A stretch of DNA of 63,983 nucleotides, counting the filler, from Olpidium bornovanus S191 (Eukaryota > Fungi > Olpidiomycota): the NCBI GenBank assembly GCA_017911155.1. It is 27 parts of 27 records of this genome, joined end to end, with 100 filler letters (N's around TTAATTAATTAA, not from the genome) between each part and the next. Parts side by side here need not be neighbours in the genome. Positions count along the whole stretch, not along the records: positions 45,905 to 49,265 come from JAEFCI010007355.1; positions 49,366 to 50,850 come from JAEFCI010012036.1; positions 50,951 to 52,366 come from JAEFCI010009436.1; positions 52,467 to 53,590 come from JAEFCI010008695.1; positions 53,691 to 56,677 come from JAEFCI010009008.1; positions 56,778 to 57,928 come from JAEFCI010002300.1; 21 more parts are not named here. The stretch is one strand, 5' to 3'. A model generated the notes under the pieces. It did not search any database and was not told the origin of the DNA. It saw nothing but the letters and a program-made list of their open reading frames with translations. Of the stretch, positions 46,207-57,048 are shown piece after piece (position 1 is the stretch's first letter; each line of letters starts with the position of its first letter). The position numbers were made by a program, and so were the translations under genes.

Positions 46207-47117
46207 AGGGAAAAAACGTGCGTCTGATTTGCACGGCGGGCGGGAGCGCCGAGCCGCGCCGAACAGATTTGTGGTGAGCCTCGGGCAGGTCTTCTGCCGT
46301 AAGAAGGGGGTGTGCAAAAATGCCAACGAAGGAATTGAAGGATGCAAAAAAAAAAAAAAAAAAAAAAAAAGAAAAAAGCGAAAGAAAAATATTTCGGCGC
46401 ATCAAAGTTCTCGCGGTCAAGGAACCGAAAGGGGAAACGGCGTTCGCACGATGGGTCAGTTTGTCTTTTATTGGGCTCCCAGCCCGAGACGAACGGTTTG
46501 CGGGCGATTTAATTGCGTTCGGACCATGTGCAGGGGGGCGAGTGGAGCAATGTGCAGAAAGGAACCGGTTTGGCCGCGCGTTCGAACGGTTCGAGTAACC
46601 GCGCGGTTTCCTGATTTTTTTTTTTGCCGGAAAGGCCCAGAACTTGGCGTGTTCGCAAAATAGAGTCTGATTGCTGCGATCCCACCCCCTCTTTGTCTGC
46701 TGATGTATGATCAAAGAGTACCTTCGACGGTGCCCCTGCAGTTTGTCCCGTGGCGTCCGCCGCTAAACAACACGATCTACTGGACACGCCTCCTCGACTG
46801 ACGGGGCTTCATAAGCGTGTCAAGCCAACTGAATCCGACAGCGGAGAGCACGCAGCTTCGCTTTGGCACCCAGAGACCCCCCTGCACGTACCCTCCGCAG
46901 ACGCTCATTGATGTGGATGTCCCCTCGCGTAGCCGGAGGACCAATGGACCGATGCATGCTCCGCCCCTAAAGCTAACCGCCGGGTTCGAGCGACAAATAA
47001 ATTGTTTCTGTTTTCCGTCGGCGAGCCGGGATCTTAAGGCGAATCTATGCGCTGTTTCTGGGAGGAAAAAGAATATTCAACATTAACACCTCCAGACGGT
47101 CAAAAGCATCGGCTCCG

Positions 47118-49060
47118 TCACTCGTCTTCTTCGTCGGCTGCTTTTCTTGGCTTCGCGGAAGTCGGCTGTGTGGAATCTTCTTTCTCCTTCTGCTCCATGG
47201 CCCGTAGTTTGTCTTCCTCTCCGTCCGCCATGGGGTAGCAGTGTTCCGCAGCGGGGAATGTCCGCGACTTGACCTCGGTGCGGTACTGCTCCATCGCCTT
47301 GCCGACGACGGTGGTGATGTGGGTGTACTGCTTGCAGAATCTGGTTAATTTCGGACCGTGAGCGGCCCGGGTTTGGGTAATTTGGTGGATCGATGTGCGT
47401 CCCACCGAGTAAAAAATGCTGCTGAAAAAAAAAAAAATCAAAAGGCAACCGATATTGTTTGCCACCGTCCGGCTCACCTCGGCACAAACTTGTCAAATAT
47501 ACCAAGCATGTCATTTTGCACGAGAACTTGACCGCTGCACCCAGGCCCCGCACCGATGCCAATCGTAGGGATCTTCAAATTCGCGGTGATATAATCTGCG
47601 GTCGGAGCGGGCACCCCCTCGACGATAATAGCAAAGCAACCCGCATCTTGCAGGGCCTGAGCGTCTTTTAACAAAAGACGAGCCTGCGCGCGGGCGGACA
47701 AAACAAACGATGAATATTGCCAAGAAAAAAATTACGGCAAGGAAGAAACAGGGCGGAGAATCTTGCTCGAAGGACAAATTGGCACAGGAAGGGTCCCATC
47801 TGCAATATCAGTAAAACAGGAGTGCCCACCTTTGCGGCCGTTTTGCCTTGAACGCGATAGCCACCCATCGCCGATTGCCGATGTGGCGTGAGGCCAATGT
47901 GACCCATCACTGGGATGCCGACGCGTTGAATTCTGTGGGCGGTGGATGCCATTTCTATCCCCCCTTCCAATTTCACTGCCTGGACGAAGCGTTTGATATG
48001 CGATGTTCGGTCGTGGGTACAAAACGGAAACGGCCGGTTAGGATCCGATGCAAGGGAAAGTGCGGTCACGGCATTTTTCCTCCGCAAATTCCGCCTTAGG
48101 GAAGCACTCTGTTCCCACAGTTCCGTCTCCATCAAAATTTTCCTGCTCCTCGCGTACCTCTACTTTTCCTTCCTTCATAAGCCGAATCGCATTTTCCGTA
48201 GCTTTCGTCTCGCTCGTCTCATAGCTTCCGAAGGGCATGTCACCAATGAGGAAAGGGTGCGTTATTGCTCGGGCGACTGCTCGACAGTGATGGATCATAT
48301 CCTATTTTGCCACATCGGAAATTCGGGTAAACCGTCTATACTGGCTGCCACCAACACTCCTGGTGCCCTCAACCGCTGGATAACTGAAATCGAGCGCTCA
48401 GGTTGAAGGAGCGATCCCCACGGGAAAACTCACATCCATGGTGAGCTGACTGGTGTTGGGGTAACCCAGAGCGACCATTCCAAGCGAATCGCCAACCAGA
48501 CATATATCCATCTGTCCGTTTTCGACGAACAGGCCTGAGGGGTAATCGTGCGCAGTCATCATCGCGATGGGCACTCCCTTCTTGTACATGTTCCGCAAAG
48601 TGGTGATGGTCACTTTCTTCTCTGCAACCCGGGCAGCAGTCAGCCGTAAGCCGGCCGGACCCGTGGGAGCGGTGGGCGGCACCAGGCGCCGCCCTCCGGT
48701 TCCCCGCCTCCTTGGCCGTAACGGGAAATGCCGACAACACCTACGCGAAGTTGCTGGAGCGCTTTGAGACGCAGGGTGCGAACTGCACCGGACGGCACCC
48801 AGCCGCGGGCTACAATCCGCACGTCTCGCGCGGCGCTGAAGAGAAGTTGCGGCCGTCCGCAGGCCGGAAGCCGCGGGCCCCCTCGCCTCCGCGGAGAAGG
48901 ATCGGCGGCCCGCGGCGCAACGGGCGAATTCTTGTCGCCGCGCGAAGGCCGCCGGCGCCCCAGAGCTCCCGCTGCGCACTGCCGCGGAGCGCAGGCACCC
49001 TGCAATCAGGCGGCGGGCGGCCCGGCGGGCGCCGCCGGCTCCTTCTTTGGCAGCCAGCAT
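47118..49060 (-). CDS. ECM31: 3-methyl-2-oxobutanoate hydroxymethyltransferase (PanB), with mitochondrial presequence, spliced
   Basis: KKVTITTLR...[10 protein letters not shown]...[33 protein letters not shown]...[33 protein letters not shown] and FCKQY...[11 protein letters not shown]. Confidence 0.95.
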
Positions 49061-49199
49061 GTCTTTCCGGCGTTCGCCTCGGACGGGGTCCCGGCGGGTC
49101 CTCCGGCGGAACTGTTCCGTCTCGACCGCGTGTGCGTGTGCGTGCGCTTGTGGCGCGGCCGCGGGGCGGGAGGAGGCGTTCGGCGGGGGTTCGGAAGGA

Positions 49200-49244
<45 letters not shown>

Positions 49245-49365
49245 CCCCGGGGGACCCCCCGCCCGNNNNNNNNNNNNNNNNNNNNNNNNNNNNNNNNNNN
49301 NNNNNNNNNTTAATTAATTAANNNNNNNNNNNNNNNNNNNNNNNNNNNNNNNNNNNNNNNNNNNN

Positions 49366-50736
49366 CATGAACACAGGATTTTTGCCGTCTTGATCACGCC
49401 TAGCAAGCTCTTCTCGCAGCAGGCGATAACCGTCCTTGTAAGTGTCCGCGTTCAGAGTGATCGCGCCCTCGAACGCTCCGATCTATTTTCCCCACTCAAT
49501 CGTGCCGAAAATCCGTGTTGAGTGCTACTGGCCAAGGAGAGCAACAACGCCAAACGGAAAGCGAATTGTTCCGGGGGCTCACGTACGGCGCTCTCGTAAT
49601 GATTTCGCAAGCTAAGACAAAACGAAGGTAGCGGCGCGTCCGACGGGAAGGCGGGCAGAAAAACGCTTTAGTGTTTTTATTTCCACCCCTCCGTAGCGAG
49701 ACAGATGAAACGCAACGTCGCCGCAGTCGAGACCAGGGATGGCGGGGTCGCTGGAAACGTACTCCACCACCACCGGCGGCTCCGTCCCGCCTCCCGCACC
49801 GCGCTCCATCGCTTCCTTCAGCTTCCTGTGAAACTCCGCGGGAGGAAGGTGAGTGGCTTGCGGGGTCGAGTTTTTGAAGGTGGACACCGTGCCGCCAAGG
49901 CCGTCGTTGACAAGGACGCTGCGGATGCGGACGTGCAGGCCGGTGAACGACAAGTCTTTGTTCAGCCCTTCGTTGTACTCGAGCGACCCCGCCTCGATGC
50001 CGGGCAGGGTTTCCTCGAGCCGCCTCTTCATCTCCTCGAGATTCCGGTCCGGGCACGTGAGCTGGGCGTTGATCCCCTCGGTCGCTATGTATATCCTGCC
50101 GCGGACGTCAAGGTCGAGGAAGAGCGCGAGCAAGCTCTTCCGCAGGTCTTCGAGCTGGTCGGCGGGGAACGGCGCGAACTGGTAGAAAGACCAGGTCGTG
50201 ACGGCGCCGGCCACGGGCGGCAGCGGGAGCCCTTTCATGTAGTACCTGAGCCGGTCGCCGCCAAACTTGATCGGCCTTTGGGCGTGCCGCGCGCCGTGGA
50301 AGGCGGCGGCCCCGGCCGGGCGCAAACCGCCGCCGCCGCCGCCGCGCGCGGGGAGGAACGCGCGCGGGACGGCCGAGCGGAGCACGCCGGGCGGCGGCCC
50401 TTCGGGGTGCCGCGGGCCCCGCGCCGGGCAAAGGGCGCGCAGCTGGCGCAGGAGAGGGCGGCGGACGAGGTCCTGGGCGAGGCGGGCCGCGGCCAGGACC
50501 CCGTCCGCCGGCCGCGGTGGCAGCATTGCGCCGGCGCGGTTGCCGAGCGTCCGGGCGCGGCAGGCGGCGGTTGCGGAAGAGCGCCGCCGGGTGGCGACCA
50601 GGGCGGCGCGAGCGCAGGGCTCGGGCTGCGGTGCGCCGGCGAGGAGGCGCCGGGTGTTCCACGGAAAGGCGCGGTTGAGGGGAGCGACCGCAGGGGAACG
50701 CGGGATGGCGTCGGGCAGCCGGAAGGTCGGCGGCAT
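49366..50736 (-). CDS. trhO: TrhO/YceA (UPF0176, TSTD2)-like rhodanese-domain protein with N-terminal targeting peptide, 3' truncated
   Basis: TTWSFYQF...DVRGRIYIATEGINAQL...SFTGLHVRIRSVLVNDG...HLPPAEFH; spliced VVVD/LRNHYESA/IGAFEGAI...NPVFM, cut just before the expected YCTGG. About 100 aa of Arg/Ala-rich leader precede the domain. Confidence 0.85.
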
Positions 50737-51905
50737 CGTCGGCGGGTGCTGACGACACACGCGGGGGCCCGGGTCTCAGTCCTCCGGCCCGCCGTGCGAA
50801 AATGAACCCGCTTCGTGACGACAAAAAATTCTTCACCAGAAAAAATCATGNNNNNNNNNNNNNNNNNNNNNNNNNNNNNNNNNNNNNNNNNNNNTTAATT
50901 AATTAANNNNNNNNNNNNNNNNNNNNNNNNNNNNNNNNNNNNNNNNNNNNCATGCTCTGGACTTTCGTAGCACAGCCCCCTCGCCGCTCTCCACCGCGCC
51001 ACGGGTGACGGAAGTTGAAGGTTTCGGAATCATTTGCATCTGCGTTCCAGCCCCAGACTGTCCGACCTCAACGGCTCGCTGCGCGGCCGTCATCAGGGCC
51101 CGTGGCGAAAAAGTTCGCCCACCGATGTGGGGTAAAAACAAAAAAGAAAATGCACCGACGGAAAGTACAGAGCGCAGAGGTCGGTAAAGGATTTAAAAAC
51201 GGAAGCAATAGATATTCGCGAGACCGACGCCCGCGCGTTGGGCGCGTCCAGAAGATATAAAGTCGGGAGAAAAAAAAAAAAAAAAAAAACTAAGAAACTC
51301 GTAAATGCGATAGGGGAGGGTAGGGTGGACGAGAGGGAGTGGCGGATTTGAGAAAAGAATGTTTTTTCTTTATCAGACGGAAATGATGTCAGAATATTTC
51401 TCAATTTCCCTTTTCCTTTTCCCCCCATTTTTTTTTTTTTTTCGCCGCTCTCCCCTTTTTCCCCAGCCGGCTCCACCCAACCCCCCACCCCCGTCCCTCC
51501 CCATCCCCGCCCTCCGGAGTGACCCCTCCCGCCACCGCTTTGCGAAGGAAAACCGCCGTTGCCCCAGCGAAGCCGAGGAAAAGGAAGAGACAAAGAAATA
51601 GAGGGCCGTCCGCCATGCCGAAGGCGCCCAAGAGCTCCGCGAAACAGAGCACGGTCGGTCTGTCGGTCGGCGGCACGTCGTGAGATCCGCCGGACGCTTT
51701 TAAACGAGAGGGAGACATCCCGCCCTAAAATCTTTGTCTGCTCCGTCTGCCCGTCACTCCGCTTTGGGAAAAAAAAAAAAAAAAAAAAAAAACGCAGGCG
51801 CCGGGCGGGCCCTCGCCGGCGACCGCCGGCGGCGCGTCGTTGCCGAGCGGTGCAGGCGGCCACCTCTTTGCGGCAGTCCCTCCGGTCACGCGCGCGGGTA
51901 CGGGC

Positions 51906-52366
51906 GGGGTAAGAAGCCGGGGAGGGGGCGGGTCGTGGCGGCCCCGCGTTGCCGGGGAAAAGAAAAAGAGGAACACGCAGCCAGGGGGGGGGGCGGAGCG
52001 GGGGGTGTGGTCCCCGCCCAGCGAGCTTCCTTGGTTTTTTTTTTTTTTTTTTTTGTGTTTTGACGAGGCCCGTGATTCGCGAACTCGAACGGCCAGTCGG
52101 TATCTACGGTCGACACGGTGTTGTTGGACGACGAGCGAGACCTCGAGAGCGAAGACGGCGCCGCCGGCGCCGGGAACGTGCGCGAAAGTTTTTCTCCGTG
52201 AGTCGCGAGGGATCGAGCACGCTTTCGGACCCCCCCGGGCTGACGACCGACCGAATTCCCCCCCCCCCCCCCCCTCCCCCCCCCCCCCTGGCTGCGTGTT
52301 CCTCTTTTTCTTTTCCCCGGCAACGCGGGGCCGCCACGACCCGCCCCCTCCCCGGCTTCTTACCCC
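51906..52366. repeat. ~88-bp inverted repeat (51906-51993 versus 52279-52366) ending at the contig end
   Basis: GGGGTAAGAAGCCGGGGAGGGGGCGGGTCGTGGCGGCCCCGCGTTGCCGGGGAAAAGAAAAAGAGGAACACGCAGCCAG is the exact reverse complement of the contig's terminal sequence. Confidence 0.9.
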
Positions 52367-52857
52367 NNNNNNNNNNNNNNNNNNNNNNNNNNNNNNNNNN
52401 NNNNNNNNNNTTAATTAATTAANNNNNNNNNNNNNNNNNNNNNNNNNNNNNNNNNNNNNNNNNNNNCCCGCCTGTGTACTAAATCGTTTATCTCAAGCGG
52501 ATTCAGATTGCGGCGTCGTCCTTCCAGCGCTCTCCTACGACGTGCTCTAGATCTTCTCTTCTTCTTTCCGTGCTCACTGCGTAAACAATCGTGTGCGGTA
52601 CTGTAGTACTGTAGTAGAAGCGTCACGGGGAAGGCCTGCGTCGGCTCAAACGGTCTTTATTTTCTTTTCGCGCTCACCCAAAAAAACAAAAGAAAACAAA
52701 AAGTCGGAAACCGTGATAACACCCGAGGGCTCCCGGGCATTAGAGGCCATACTTTGCCGTCGTCTCCTATGAGGAGCTGCAGGAGGAGGGGGAGGGCGCA
52801 CTAGAGTTCTGCACGTCCGTCGTTGACCTTCCGGTATAGCTACTTCTGGACAGCTTC

Positions 52858-53346
52858 TTGACAAAACACCGACGTCTGGAGCTCGCTCGCCGTCAACCTG
52901 TGACAAAACGGGGCAGCGCACAAGGCCAAAACTTCGCACAAGACAAGGAAGCGGTTGACGCAGCAGCTGCCCACATGAGCCCGAGCGCCACCACAACGTG
53001 GTCTCTCGTCTGCGAGTTTTGCACAGCAGGGAAGACGATCGGTACGGCGTGCACAGCAAAAATTGACCGCGAACATGACAGGGAGGGCGCCGCAATTTCC
53101 GCCCTGCTGGAGGACTATATAAAAATCCAGACAGCGCGCGACGCCAACCGAGCGGAGATGGATGCAGACCGCGCGCTGGACGACGATATCGCTAACTTCG
53201 TTCACACCAAAACTTTTTATTCTTTTCGTGTGGAAGGCACGATCCACAAAGAACTGAAACGCATTTCCTGGATTCCAAATTTTCGCCTAGCATACCCGCC
53301 TTCGCGGCCGCGCAGCCGACTCCATTCCGCTCTGATACGGCAATGA
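52858..53346 (+). CDS. Hypothetical ORF (unrecognised)
   Basis: A 162-codon open frame with a protein-like helical segment (EGAAISALLEDYIKIQTARDANRAEMDADRALDDDIANFVH). No motif recognised. Confidence 0.3.
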   Translation: MTKHRRLELARRQPVTKRGSAQGQNFAQDKEAVDAAAAHMSPSATTTWSLVCEFCTAGKTIGTACTAKIDREHDREGAAISALLEDYIKIQTARDANRAEMDADRALDDDIANFVHTKTFYSFRVEGTIHKELKRISWIPNFRLAYPPSRPRSRLHSALIRQ

Positions 53347-53699
53347 GAGAATTCCGGATCTTTGAACGCCTAAAGCAGGCCAACACAAACAGGATGATTG
53401 GCAACAGAAAGAAGGACGATACTCGCAAGTCGACCACCCAGACCATCCATATCCAGCAAATTCACCTCCAAATCCAAAATCCATCTTTAAATCCACCTCC
53501 ACCTCCAAAAAACAAAAAAAAAAAAAAAAAAAAAAAAAAACGCCCGCGAAATGTTATGGGGGGTTCCGGTTTTTTTGGTTTTTTGGAAAANNNNNNNNNN
53601 NNNNNNNNNNNNNNNNNNNNNNNNNNNNNNNNNNTTAATTAATTAANNNNNNNNNNNNNNNNNNNNNNNNNNNNNNNNNNNNNNNNNNNNCATGCTTCC

Positions 53700-56668
53700 G
53701 CCCGCTTACGAAATCCCGTCCTTATCGTCGGCAGCGATGAGATGCGGTAAGAAGCTTTGGAATACCAGCAACGACGGTCCGGCAACGTTGTGCAGAGCGG
53801 CTGCCGGAGAACCCCATCTAGTCCCCGTTACTTTAATAGAAGGCGAAGTCAGCGAACGCCCCGCTTATTGGTAAACAGAGACAAGTGGCGCCGGAATTTG
53901 CCGAAAAATTACAATCGCCAAAATTTTTCCTTAACGCTTCGTTCTCCTTCAGCAAATTCTCGTTGCGTGCATTCCTCCACTCCCGCTGGTTGTACTCGAC
54001 GCTGCCCGGTTCGTCCTTCTCTTGCGGCTTTGATGCGAACGAGCGTTCGGCGAACTCTCAGCGCCGACCGGGCAAAAACAATTCTCGCAAGGCGTCAGCC
54101 GCGCGTCCGCACCTTCATTTCCGGTTGCAGGAACCTTTCAGCGCTCCACTCCCAAAGCGAGCTGGACAGCGGCAACACGCTGGACTCGTAGGGGTTCGTA
54201 AGTTCGGCCGCATTGTCGTGGGCTTCAGTCCCCTCGAACACGCTCCGGAAGGAGGACGGCGCGGGCGAGTACCCACGGCCGTTCCATTCGGACCCTGGCG
54301 TGAACCCGGCGGCAGTGGACGAGGAGGATGGCGGGGTGAGGGCTCCAGCGCCGAGGGAGTACAGGTGCTTAAGGGAAAAGGTCAGCGACGGTGACCGCTT
54401 CAGCGTGGAGGAGATCTTGAGGGCCGTTCGGCGGTCGAGCGTCTGCGTTGAGAGGTGCTGCAGATCAGTGAAAGAGGCCGTCGCCGCGGCCGCCGCCGAC
54501 ACGGCGTCGCCGTGGCTGATGGCAAGCCCGCCGTTGAGAAACGCCGCGGACTCAGCGAGAACCGTCGGGTTGTTCCAACCCGCGGGGGATTTCCCGCCCT
54601 GGCCGCCGCCCGCGGCTAGGTTCGCGCTGACGAGGCAAACCGATGAGAGCGCCGAATTCGGCGACCCGTCTAGGTCAGCCGGCAAATTCTCCAGCAACTG
54701 GTTGATCACGTCGTCCACCACGATTTTGGCGACGCTCGACACGTCGTGATGCGGATCCACCGAGAGCTGAAGCAGTAGCTTCCATAGGTAGGAGTACACC
54801 GAGCGGCTCGTCAACTGGTTTAACGCGTTGACGGACGCAGGGGGAGAACCAAGTTCGACTTCCTTCCTATGTGGGAGCAGATCACGAAGGCCCGCCGAAG
54901 TACAAACCGTGGTCGAGCTCGCAACGGCGTAATCAACACTGCCGCCAGCGCCCACCAAGTTCGTTGCTGAACGCGTCCGCCGCTGGTCAAGCGTGCTCGA
55001 CCGTTGCTCTTTTTGTGGCTCCTCGTCCTTGATGAGCTCGTTTGCAGCCGCCACGAACTCGCTCTCCTGCAACCGGACGAGCTTCGAGAGCGCAATCACA
55101 TACTCTCTCCTGACAAGATGTGACCCATCCAGCGTGCTGTTCAAAAAGCTGATCGCTATGGTATGCTCTACGATAGCGGCCTGATCCGTCCGCTCGATAC
55201 CGCCAAGGAACGTGCCCAATGCATATATTGCAGAGGCTCGGACCTCGGGGATCTCGTCCTGCAGAAGGTCGATCAATTTCTCGTGCGCATTCAGTCGTAA
55301 ACCGGCTGAAGTTGCCTCGCTGAAGCCGCTCCACAGCTTGCTAACACAAAGGCACGCCCATTGCCGCAGTGACGACGACGGATCTTTAAGATACTGTAGG
55401 CAGAGGGAAAGCACGTCCGACCGGAGGCAAGCCTGCTGGCCGGCAGCAAACTTGGCACAGAAGGTGCTGAGTATGAACGCGCACATTGCCCGGTGCTCGG
55501 AAATTTGCTCGCTCGGCAGGCCGCATTTGGGCGCCAGGACCGACACAAAGTATTGGTAGCCGTCATCCTTGATAAGGTCGCTCTGGCAGGTCGGGTCCAC
55601 CGCCAGTATCCGCGCCCAGATGAAGATCAGAACCGGCTTCAAATCCGGCGCCGGAGACTGTAAAAGCTTGAGCACGTACGGGAAGATTCCGACGGCAAGG
55701 GCAAGGTTTACCGCCCAAGGTCCGAGGTCCAAAAACCTACTGAGAAGAACAAGTGCTCGCAACCGGTGAACCTGACTGAGGAGAACCTGCAGGACAATCG
55801 GCAGCTGCTCCGGCGCCTTCCGGCTCACGACGCCCTGGTTGTTAAGCCAAACCTCGAACGCTGTGAGTTGCTCCGCAAAAAAGGTGCTGTTCTGATACGC
55901 AGGTCGCGGAATGGGCTGACCGTCAGGACCAATTTTTTCATCCGCTAGGAAGGCCGGTAGCTGTGCCAGACAAGTGTCCATGGCCAAGTCCCATGCATTC
56001 CACATTGGGTGTTGGTGGGTGGGCGGCAGCGCCGGCGACGACATTGGCGTGCACTGATGGGAGCGCATTATCCTGTCCGCAAGAAGAAAATTTCGGAAGA
56101 GCGCGGCGACCATCAGGTCCTGGCGGAAGAGGCGCTTGAACAAGTCTTGCGGAAGTACGTTCCACGCAATTGTGTCGGTGATAGACGTAAAAATCCAGTT
56201 GAGCTCGCCTAGGGCTGTTCGCCGGTCATTCAATCTCCCCGGTATTTTCATGACCATGTCGATAGTGATATTCTTAAACATCGTGTTCCGAAGGACGAAC
56301 CATCTCAGCGCTATCTCGATCGGAGTTGTTAGGCAGGAAGTGAACATGTCCGCCGGATGGTCCGGGCTCATCGGCAGGGTCTCGTGCGGTCCGCAGGCGG
56401 CCAGCTGGATGCAGTCGCTGAATAAAGCAGTCGACACCGGCTTCGCGGCACCCTGTTGTTGCTGTGAATGTTGGGTATTCTGCGAGTGAGCCTGGTTGGC
56501 TGAATGTTGCTGCGACGGTTGTTGGGACAGGGAGTGCTGGTGTTGTGATTGCTGCTGCCCTTGTTGATGGAGAAATTTCTGCTGCGAGAGCCGGTCCTTG
56601 TCCCTCTGCTCTGCAAATTTGTTGAAATTGAGGAGTATGTGACCCGCAGCGCTGCAGTCGTAAACCAA
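53700..56668 (-). CDS. KOG1: TORC1 subunit Raptor (KOG1/Mip1), internal fragment
   Basis: VYDCSAAGHIL, CIQLAAC...PADMFTSCLTTPIEIAL, PGRLNDRRTALGELNWIFTSITDTIAW, LFRQDLMVAALFRNFLLA, EQLPIVLQVLLSQVHRLRAL...LGPWAVNLALAVGIFPYVLKLLQSP and HEAT repeats. Later exons give DEPGSVEYNQREWRNARN and the first WD40 repeat. Confidence 0.97.
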
Positions 56669-56781
56669 AATACATGGNNNNNNNNNNNNNNNNNNNNNNN
56701 NNNNNNNNNNNNNNNNNNNNNTTAATTAATTAANNNNNNNNNNNNNNNNNNNNNNNNNNNNNNNNNNNNNNNNNNNNGGCG

Positions 56782-57048
56782 ATGATCCCGAAAGCATGGA
56801 GGATGCTGGCCGGCGAGACCCGCCAACCCACGCCGCCCGGGGCGAGGCCATCGGAAATGGACGAGTATCTAAAGGCGAAGGTCGAGCGCATGCGACACCT
56901 CATCGACCTTCCGCTCGACCTCGCGGCTTCCGTCGTGCAGGCCGGCGTCGCGCCGATGTTCAACACAGGCAGCGCTACCGGCGTGCGTGGGTCTCCCATG
57001 GCCGTCGACGGGCCGGTCGAAGAGAGCCTACTGCGAACGCCCGATTAG
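56782..57048 (+). CDS. C-terminal fragment of an unidentified protein
   Basis: MIPKAWRMLAGETRQ...MDEYLKAKVERMRHLIDLPLDLAASVVQAG...RTPD* with strongly GC3-biased codons, followed by an A-rich 3' region. Confidence 0.55.
   Translation: MIPKAWRMLAGETRQPTPPGARPSEMDEYLKAKVERMRHLIDLPLDLAASVVQAGVAPMFNTGSATGVRGSPMAVDGPVEESLLRTPD

Noticed and set aside
49705-50805. 366-aa plus-strand ORF opposite the TrhO-like gene; similar antisense ORFs at 6846-7715, 14560-15165 and 61815-62744
   Set aside because: Antisense shadows caused by high GC3; no motifs.
47118-56668. Apparent clustering of ECM31, the TrhO-like gene and Raptor, or of the TrhO-like and Kti13-like tRNA-modification genes
   Set aside because: They lie on different contigs separated by artificial spacers, so no linkage can be inferred.
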